A stretch of DNA of 64,000 nucleotides, from assembly GCA_951406725.2 (NCBI GenBank), contig OX597828.1, forward strand, positions 18,600,001 to 18,664,000. The letters run 5' to 3'. The stretch comes from Octopus vulgaris. Lineage: Eukaryota. The notes beneath the pieces are model-generated. The model was not told where the DNA came from. It was given only the letters and a program-made list of their open reading frames with translations, and did not search any database. Each line of letters opens with the position of its first letter. Positions within the stretch are counted from its first letter, which is position 1. Position numbers and translations under genes: made by a program. Shown here piece after piece: positions 55,681 to 64,000 of the stretch.

Positions 55681-56512
55681 GAGTTTTTTAAATGCTGTTT
55701 GGATTCGTTTTATTTTTAAGATTGTTGTATGTTCCTTTTTAATGTTTTTTCTTCTTTTATAATTTTATCATTTTCTTTTATTTCTTTATTGTCCTTATTC
55801 GTTTTTCCTCTTATTTTCATGTTTCCTTTATGTCAAATGTGCGTATGTATACAGTATAACCGGCTAACTTCTTCATTGAGAACACAGCCGAATTAGTAAT
55901 CTCTTCATTCTCAGATAATAACAACTCTCACATTATATGAATTATGGGAACAATGTCAGCTATATCAACGGCTAAAATTGTATCAGTTCAGTCAGGTTCA
56001 TTTAACAAATATATCGATTGCAGCCATTTTCTTTCTTATCTGCCAGGACCACTATAAAATAGCACAAATTAATTTCTCATCTTATTCATAACGAATGGCG
56101 ACAATGCCTGTTGTACATTTTTGCAAACAAAACATATATTAGAAGTTATCTTTCATACATAAACAAATAGTTTGTTATAATTGGCTATTTTTCTTCATTC
56201 AACAAAGAAATTTTTCCGTTTATTTTTTCGTTTCTTTTTTTTTTTTTTGTATGTGCGAGTTTGTTTGTTGTTATAGTTTTGTGCTGTTGTTTTCTTTTTG
56301 TATTTTTTTTTTTACTAAAGAGCGGTCAATTCTTCCAAATAGACAGGCTATCGTTGATGGTATCTTTCCAAGCTAAGTCTTTTAATGAAAGAAAGACAAA
56401 CTACTTCAATAAAACAAAGGAATAAAAAAAAAAGAGTGAGCATGAGAATAATAAGAAATTGAGAGGGATACCGTTACTAGCGGGGAAATTAAATACATAC
56501 ATATATGGAGGG

Positions 56513-56558
<46 letters not shown>

Positions 56559-56656
56559 CATGTATATGTAAATACATATATATGTATGTACATGTATACA
56601 TATATATTACATATATATATATAAATATATATATTGTATATATATATGTATGTATG

Positions 56657-56699
<43 letters not shown>

Positions 56700-56814
56700 A
56701 TACATATATGTATTTATGTATGTACGTATATGTTTGTGTGTGTGTACACACACACATATATGTGTATGTATGTATGCATGCATGAAATTATCTATATGTA
56801 TATATGCATCTATG

Positions 56815-56856
<42 letters not shown>

Positions 56857-57565
56857 CATGTATGTATCTATGTATACATATATACATGTGTAGATACTAC
56901 ATGTGTGTATGTATGTATGTATGTATGTATGTATGTATGTATGTATGTATGTATGTATGTATGTACAAGCAACTAATTTTTTGTTGAATTCCTACTGAAC
57001 AATAAATACCAGCAAAAAATCTGCTTTCTCCTCTAATTACTGCAACGTCATTAAAAAGGATTATAAAAGATGCAACCATAAAAACATGTTGCCATGGTTG
57101 ACTGCCCCGGAAGGGTGAAAGGCAAAGGTGACGTCAGCAGTATCTGAACTTAGACTGTAAAAACCAGTATTGTATTCGGCTCTTTATATTCTGAGTTCAG
57201 TTCTCTCCGAAGCCATCTTTGCCTTTCATATTTCCAGGGTCGAGAAAATACAGTACAAGTTAAATAATAGGGTCAGAGATTTCGACAAACCCCTTCGCTT
57301 CAAAAATTGCTGGCCTTGTGCTTGAACATCAAACGATAAACTCTGTGAATTGGTAGCATTATTAGTCCATCAGAAACGAATGCATAGCGGTGTTTGTTCT
57401 CGAATTTTACGTTTTAAGTTCAAGTCCTGCTGAGGTCGACTTTGCCCTTCATCCATTTGGGGTCGATGAAATAAAGTGCCTGTCAAGTAGTGACTTGCTC
57501 ACTCTTCTTAAAATTCTTGGCCCTGTCCCAAAATTTGAAACCAAACGTAGCGTGCTGTTAGAATC

Positions 57566-57631
<66 letters not shown>

Positions 57632-58906
57632 GACAGGCTTCTTTCAGTTTCTGTTTACTATATCCACTCATATGTATTTTTGAACATTTAGTATAGAAAA
57701 AAACTTTATTACATTATTGTGTTCGTGTTTATTATTATTTCTAAGAGGTGGCTGACAAAAAACTTTGCAGTATGGTGTGCATTACACCCATTCCTAGAAT
57801 TAGGAAGTAAATTTTCGTGGTTAACCATTGCTCGCTTCATGAAACACGTATATGTTACAATGTAATGTTTATATCTTATAGATAAGACCTTAAGAAACAC
57901 TGATATAGTTTTGTGTAGGTGGAGTGAAAATTTTCACAGAACGAATTAAAATTGTCCTTTTAATCGTGTCGAATATCCCACCCTGGCACGGGATACAAGA
58001 GTGATATGAAATGAATGAGATGTAGAATCTTCAGAAAGCTGCTCTGAAGTTGCTTTGATATTCCAGTTGTTATCTACGCCAAAAATATTATGTTCTACAC
58101 CAGGAATGTTTTGTATAAGTGCTTACGATATTGGTGATATTGTTTTTTATCTTGAAATCAGTCCTGACCCAGCAGACCTACAATCAAAAATGCATCTCAT
58201 GTTTCTGTATGCCAATAACAGCATTTAGTAAAGCTGGATTTGAGGGAGATTTGCACTGCTCTTTCATGCTGGTTCAGTGATCAGGTTGAAGCTCGAACCA
58301 AATGGGAAAATGCGGTAGAGGATAGGAAAACCCAATAACAAAACACATCAAAGATGATCAAAACATCATATCAACGGCCAATAAAACAAAAACATACATA
58401 CTAGAATGTATATATGTGTGTGTGTGTGTGTGTGTATGTGTGTGTAGAAAGAGATTTGCTTCCCAACCACATGGTTCCGAGTTCAGTCGCACTACGTGGG
58501 TGGATTTGGTAGACGGAAACTGAAAGAAGCCTATCGTATATATAGTTCTTCAGGGCGACAGTTTAATGACTGAAACAAGTAAAGAGAGGAAAAAAGATAA
58601 ATAGTATATAAATATCAGCTAGTGTGCGCGCGCGCGCGTATGACTGCGAACGTCATTATGAACTCTTCAGCAACTCATATGAAGTTCGTTAGAGTAAGAG
58701 CCGGCCGTCACCCGCAAACGAGCATAGCTTGGTAAGATGTACCATGCTTTCGCTATTTGTTGTAGGTGCCTGTGAGGTCACATGCAGACATAGATACACT
58801 GCAGGATCTTCCAATTTTTAAGTCAGAAAGAGAGAGAGAGAGAAAGAGACATATATACATACATACAAACAAATACATACATATATATATATACATACAT
58901 ATATAT

Positions 58907-58949
<43 letters not shown>

Positions 58950-59088
58950 TGTGAAATAGAAAGATGAATAATCTTGTAGTAGATTAATCAAAAGTTTAAC
59001 CGATACCTTAGTAGCAAAAATCACAGCAGTAAAAATGAAATAAAACGATTTCTGTTCAATCTGCGTTCAGCTCCATTTCTTCAATTCA

Positions 59089-59135
<47 letters not shown>

Positions 59136-59179
59136 GTATACAAACACAAGCCCTAACCCCTGAGTCATGCGCCTTCACA

Positions 59180-59490
59180 AAAATACCCCCTTAGTTATGA
59201 ATGACCATGGGATTGCACAAGTCTGCGCAAGGTTGTTTATGGAAGACTAACAGTCGCCCATGCATACCGCCCTCCCGTCTGCAAGCCATTGATGTTATCC
59301 AAGAGAACGGCAAAGGGGCCGATACAGCTTGGAACCAGTGAAGTCGCAATTCGTTTCTACAGATGAGTGAACTGAAGCAACGTAAAATAAAATGTCTTGC
59401 TCAAGAACACAACACTATCTGGTCCGAGAATCGAACTCACAATTTCATGATTGTAAGCTCGACGCTTCAACCACTGAGCGATGTGCATCC
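59180..59490 (-). mobile_element. SINE family 4
   Basis: Collinear with 10172-10500. Confidence 0.7.
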
Positions 59491-59811
59491 TGCAGCCCTG
59501 CGATGTAAATTTACTTAGTGAAAAAGTGACATTCTTCTCTGCTGATACTCTGAGTCACATTAGACAAGCCACATGCATAGATCTAAGCATTACAAATTTT
59601 TTTGTGGATGTATCTTCATTTACCATTCTGAGATCTGCCGGAAGCAAACAAATGCCATAAATGTTTCTCCAGCGCAACGTAGGGAACGGGCTGGCGAGTT
59701 AATTTACTTAATTAGAAATGTTAATTTAACTACCCCAGGTGATATTTTGGAATTTCATGAAAATTATATTTAATTGTTTTGTATATTAAAATAACGTTAT
59801 GTTTAAAATAA

Positions 59812-60025
59812 AGTGGCACTCCATCGGTAACGACGTGGGTTCTAGTTGATCCGATCAACGGAACAGCCTGCTCCTGAAATTAACGTGCAAGTGGCTAAGC
59901 ACTCTACAGACACGTATACCCTTAACGTAGTTCTCAGGGAGATACGGTGTTACATAGAGTGTGGGCAAGGTTGGCTCTTTGCAATACAAGTACTACCCAT
60001 TTTTGCCAGCTGAGGTGAAATAAAG
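59812..60025 (-). mobile_element. SINE 3' portion adjoining the retrozyme locus
   Basis: Ends in catttttgccagctgag..gtgaaataaagt, shared with the SINE at ~12110-12155. It is cut off exactly where the hammerhead repeat begins. Confidence 0.6.
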
Positions 60026-60299
60026 TACGGAGCGAAGGCGCTAAGCCGTGATAAGTGAATTGCAATGTTACAATCAGTTCGAATAAACTTGACGCACGTT
60101 CGAACTGGGGAACAAGCTACTCATTGTATTTTGTCATTGAGCAAGAAACTTTATTTCACTGTTATCAGTTCCGAATATGCTTGATGCACGTTCGAACTGG
60201 GTAATAAGCTACTTACTGTTTTGCCACTGAGAATATATCTCGCTTGTTGCCAAATGGTGTATATACACCTACGTCAACTCGCAGCCCCTTCTACCCGGA

Positions 60300-60344
60300 C
60301 TCTGAGACGCTAGTATTTCGGAGTAGTTATCTCATCAGTTACAG
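60300..60344 (-). ncRNA. Degenerate type I hammerhead ribozyme copy
   Basis: Minus strand CUGUAA CUGAUGA GAUAACUACUCC GAAA UACUAGCG UC/UCAGAG. The core is canonical, but stem II has a 3-nt deletion and stems I and III have mismatches. Confidence 0.7.
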
Positions 60345-60578
60345 AGACCAGACAGACGATACTAGGAGCTGAATTAAGAGATTACTTCTCTTATGCTTTT
60401 CCAGTCACCGTAAGATGACTGGCAGCGCTATACGGTGGCCCAGCGTCAGTAAATTACGGAGCAGTGGTGGTTGTGGGGGCGCTAACCAGTGATAAGTGAA
60501 ACTGCAATGTTATGTCACAGAGAATATATCTCACTCGTTGACAAATGGTATGTATACACCTAGATCAGCTGGCAGCGC

Positions 60579-60649
60579 TACCTACCTAGACTGCGAGATG
60601 CTAGCATTTCAGAGTAGCTATCTCCTCATCGGTCACAGACACTAGGCAG
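60579..60649 (-). ncRNA. Type I hammerhead ribozyme (best-preserved copy)
   Basis: Minus strand reads CUGCCUAG-UGU-CUGUGA CCGAUGA GGAG-AUAGCUA-CUCU GAAA UGCUAGCA UC/UCGCAG-U-CUAGGUAG. Stem I (6 bp, internal loop, 8 bp), core (U4C variant), stem II, GAAA, palindromic stem III and AUC cleavage triplet are all present. Confidence 0.85.
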
Positions 60650-60873
60650 ATGTTCTTAGTGACAAAATTCATTGAGTAGCTTGTTCCATAGTTCGAACGT
60701 GCATCAAGCACATTCGCACTGATTATAACATTGAAATTTCACTTATCACTGCTTAGCGATCCCCCTCCGTAATTTACTTTCGCTGAGCCACCGTATAGCG
60801 CTACCAATCATGGTACGTACGGGGACTGGAAAAGCATAAGAGAGGTAATCTCTAAATTAAGCTCGTATTGTCG

Positions 60874-60943
60874 TCTGCCTAATGTCTGCTACCGAAGAGG
60901 AGATAAGTACTCCGAAATGTTAACATCTCACAGTCTAGGTAGA
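60874..60943 (+). ncRNA. Type I hammerhead ribozyme (copy in inverted unit)
   Basis: CUGCUA CCGAAGA(60892-60898) GGAG-AUAAGUA-CUCC GAAA(60914-60917) UGUUAACA UC/UCACAG. Predicted cleavage after 60927. The proximal stem I has mismatches. Confidence 0.8.
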
Positions 60944-61019
60944 TGGCACTGCGAGCTGATCTAGATGTATACGCACCATTTGTCAACAGGCAAGACAAAT
61001 TCGTGAACTCATCATCATT

Positions 61020-61665
<646 letters not shown>

Positions 61666-61679
61666 GTGGCTATGAATGG

Positions 61680-62050
61680 AATCGATTTCAAAATCTGGGA
61701 GGAGATTCTCGCGGAAAATCTGAACATGAATTGTGTTGCTATCGAGTTAAGTAGTTCCATATCCTTCGTACGCTTCCTACGACTCTGCCGTGTTTTCCCA
61801 GAAAGAAGTCGGAACGGAAAGTGACTTCGAGACGTTTGATGAAATACAAACCGCATCAGAAGCAGAGTTGGGTGGACTTCCGATGTAGTTCTGAGGCTTG
61901 GAAGACGCATTGGGATGGGTGTGTACATTCCCAAGACGGCTGTTCTAAATGAGATTGTATCAAAGTAGAAGTAATATGAGAAACGCGTTATTTGATGGAA
62001 TATTCTCCACTATTTTAGGTGTGGTCCGGGAACATTCGAATACCACAGAT
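61680..62050 (+). mobile_element. Internally deleted mariner remnant
   Basis: EAWKTHWDGCVHSQDG resembles the mariner C-terminus (W..RW..CI..QGDYFE) and is followed by a TIR-like gtccgggaacattcgaataccac. Confidence 0.5.
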
Positions 62051-62429
62051 TACATATGCATATGCATTATGTGTATCAACATATATATGTATATATGCAT
62101 GTGTATGTATATGTATGTATACATACACATGCATATATATACAAAGAATAAGTCCTGGCGTCGAATTGCTCGACTAAAAGCGGCGCTCCAGCATGGCTGC
62201 AGTCAGATGACTGAAACAAATATATATATATATACATATACATATACATATATATACACATATATATATATACACATATACATATATATATACATATATA
62301 CACGCACACGCACACATATGTATTTATACATGTATTACTTACATCATAAGGACTTTAGTAACTTTGGGAGACAGTGCAACTCGAAGTAGATAAAGCTATA
62401 AATAATAGCATATAAATATATATATGTAC

Positions 62430-62563
<134 letters not shown>

Positions 62564-63143
62564 TATTATACAATATCTACGTCTAATTCACTTCTGTTGT
62601 TTTTCCTGTATATTTCTTTGATTTTATGTATGTATATACGTATGTGTGTGTGTGTGTGTGTGTGTGTGTAGTCACTCATAACAACCGTACAAGTTGTTCG
62701 CCTATCGCTGTTACCTTGATGTCGTGTATTTATACTAATCCTGTCTCATAATAATTAAATCATCAGTATTAATAACTGTTACTGTTGATTTAAGTTACAA
62801 GTACCGAAATATAATTCTTAAATTTCGGTTGAATATCTCACAACGAGGGGTTAAAAGTGGCTTTTCATTACTGCGCTGAAGTTTTAACACATTTAGAAAT
62901 TAGAGATGGCTTTTTTTTTTTTTCTTACTCTTTTTTTTCTGTGAAGTTTCCCCACTTAGTTCTAGCGGACTGGGAGAGAAATTTGAACTTTATTTGTTGA
63001 TTGTTGATAGAGCAAACACTATATTTATAAAGGACTGCGGAAGCGGTAGAGGGATTAGAGTCTTACAATGAAATGGTCACACACTTCTCTTCATCGGAGC
63101 AGAATGAAAAAGTAAAATAAAATAAAATAAAATAAAATAAAAT

Positions 63144-63194
<51 letters not shown>

Positions 63195-63307
63195 CGGGAG
63201 AGAGAGAGATAGATAGATAGATATACATACACGCACACACATATATATAGATATATGTACGTAAACACACACACACAGACACCATACACACGCACGCACA
63301 CACACAC

Positions 63308-63339
<32 letters not shown>

Positions 63340-63340
<1 letters not shown>

Positions 63341-63490
63341 GGCGTAGGCGTGAGAAGTTTGCTTCCCATCCACATAGTACCGGGTTCAGTCCCACTGCGT
63401 GGCATCTTGGGCATGTGTCTTCTACTATAGCCTCGGCCCGACCAAAGCTTTGTGAGAGGATATGGTAGACGGAAACTGAAAGAAGCCCGT
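63340..63490 (+). mobile_element. SINE family 1, 5' half
   Basis: B box ggttcagtccc followed by the CORE-like segment. Confidence 0.8.
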
Positions 63491-63560
63491 AGTATTAATT
63501 TATATATAGATATAGATATATATATATATGTGTGTGTTTGTGTGTGTGTGTATGTGTGCA

Positions 63561-64000
63561 TACAGGGGTTGGACTGTGGTAGCCGGATAAGATGTTCAAC
63601 ATCACTAGAATGTTCTTCGTGCCATTCAGGAAAAACTTAAGCTGTGTGAATTGGTGCATTATCATCCTGAAATATTGCGTTTCCGTCCGGAAATAGTTCC
63701 GCAACCACAGGATGAATCTGATGAGATAAAATGCTTAAATAGACTTGATTATTAATTCTGTCATGAAGGGAAACCATTGAGCTGGCAGATTTCCAAGATA
63801 TAACCTCCCCCACCCCAGAACATTACAGATCCTCCTCCATGTTTTATAGTTGGAAGAAGGCAGTCTTGGTCAAATGCTTCATTAGGCTATCTCCATACGT
63901 ATACTCGGCCGGTGGTCGGAAATAAGGTAAAAGATGACTCGTCCGAGAAAATAACATTCTTTCACTGCTCTAGGGATCAGTTCTGTAGGTTTTTACTCCA
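63561..64000 (-). pseudogene. Tc1 (DD34E) transposase remnant, runs off window end
   Basis: Minus strand: VIFSDESSFTLFPTTGRVYVWR, PTIKHGGGSVMFWG, IFQDDNAPIHTA; in-frame stops. Confidence 0.9.

Larger units (their letters stand above)
60022..61002. mobile_element. Candidate retrozyme locus: tandem and inverted copies of a ~350-nt hammerhead-containing unit
   Basis: Segments A (gcgctaagccgtgataagtgaa...gttcgaactgg...), B (gagaatatatctc...caaatggt...hammerhead) and C (aagagattacttctcttatgcttttccagtc...gcgctatacggtggc) run A-A'-B-C-A(partial)-B over 60022-60652. One complete inverted unit follows at 60653-61002 (350 nt). No ORF. Confidence 0.8.

Noticed and set aside
58640-58680. Minus-strand CUGAAGA-GUUC-AUAAU-GAC hammerhead-like start
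   Set aside because: The GAAA box and stem III are missing; too degenerate to call.

Overview
AT-rich, microsatellite-saturated animal genomic DNA with no long intact ORF. The SINE families and repeat landscape look like an octopus (coleoid cephalopod) intronic or intergenic region; this is inferred from recalled repeat families, not a search. Nearly all ORFs in the track are translations of simple repeats or SINEs. Supportable content: dozens of tRNA-derived SINEs of at least four families, decayed Tc1/mariner, hAT, Helitron-like, RTE and Penelope-like elements, MITEs and minisatellites. The most notable signal is at about 60.0-61.0 kb: a ~350-nt non-coding unit in tandem and inverted, permuted copies, three of which carry a type I hammerhead ribozyme with an extended bulged stem I and a covarying palindromic stem III. 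This is a candidate retrozyme (circular-RNA retroelement). More hammerhead-like motifs lie in the inverted terminal repeats of a Penelope-like element (51.5-53.6 kb) and in small fold-back elements. A few isolated splice signals hint at a large minus-strand host gene, but no gene model can be supported with confidence. Coordinates of decayed repeats are approximate.
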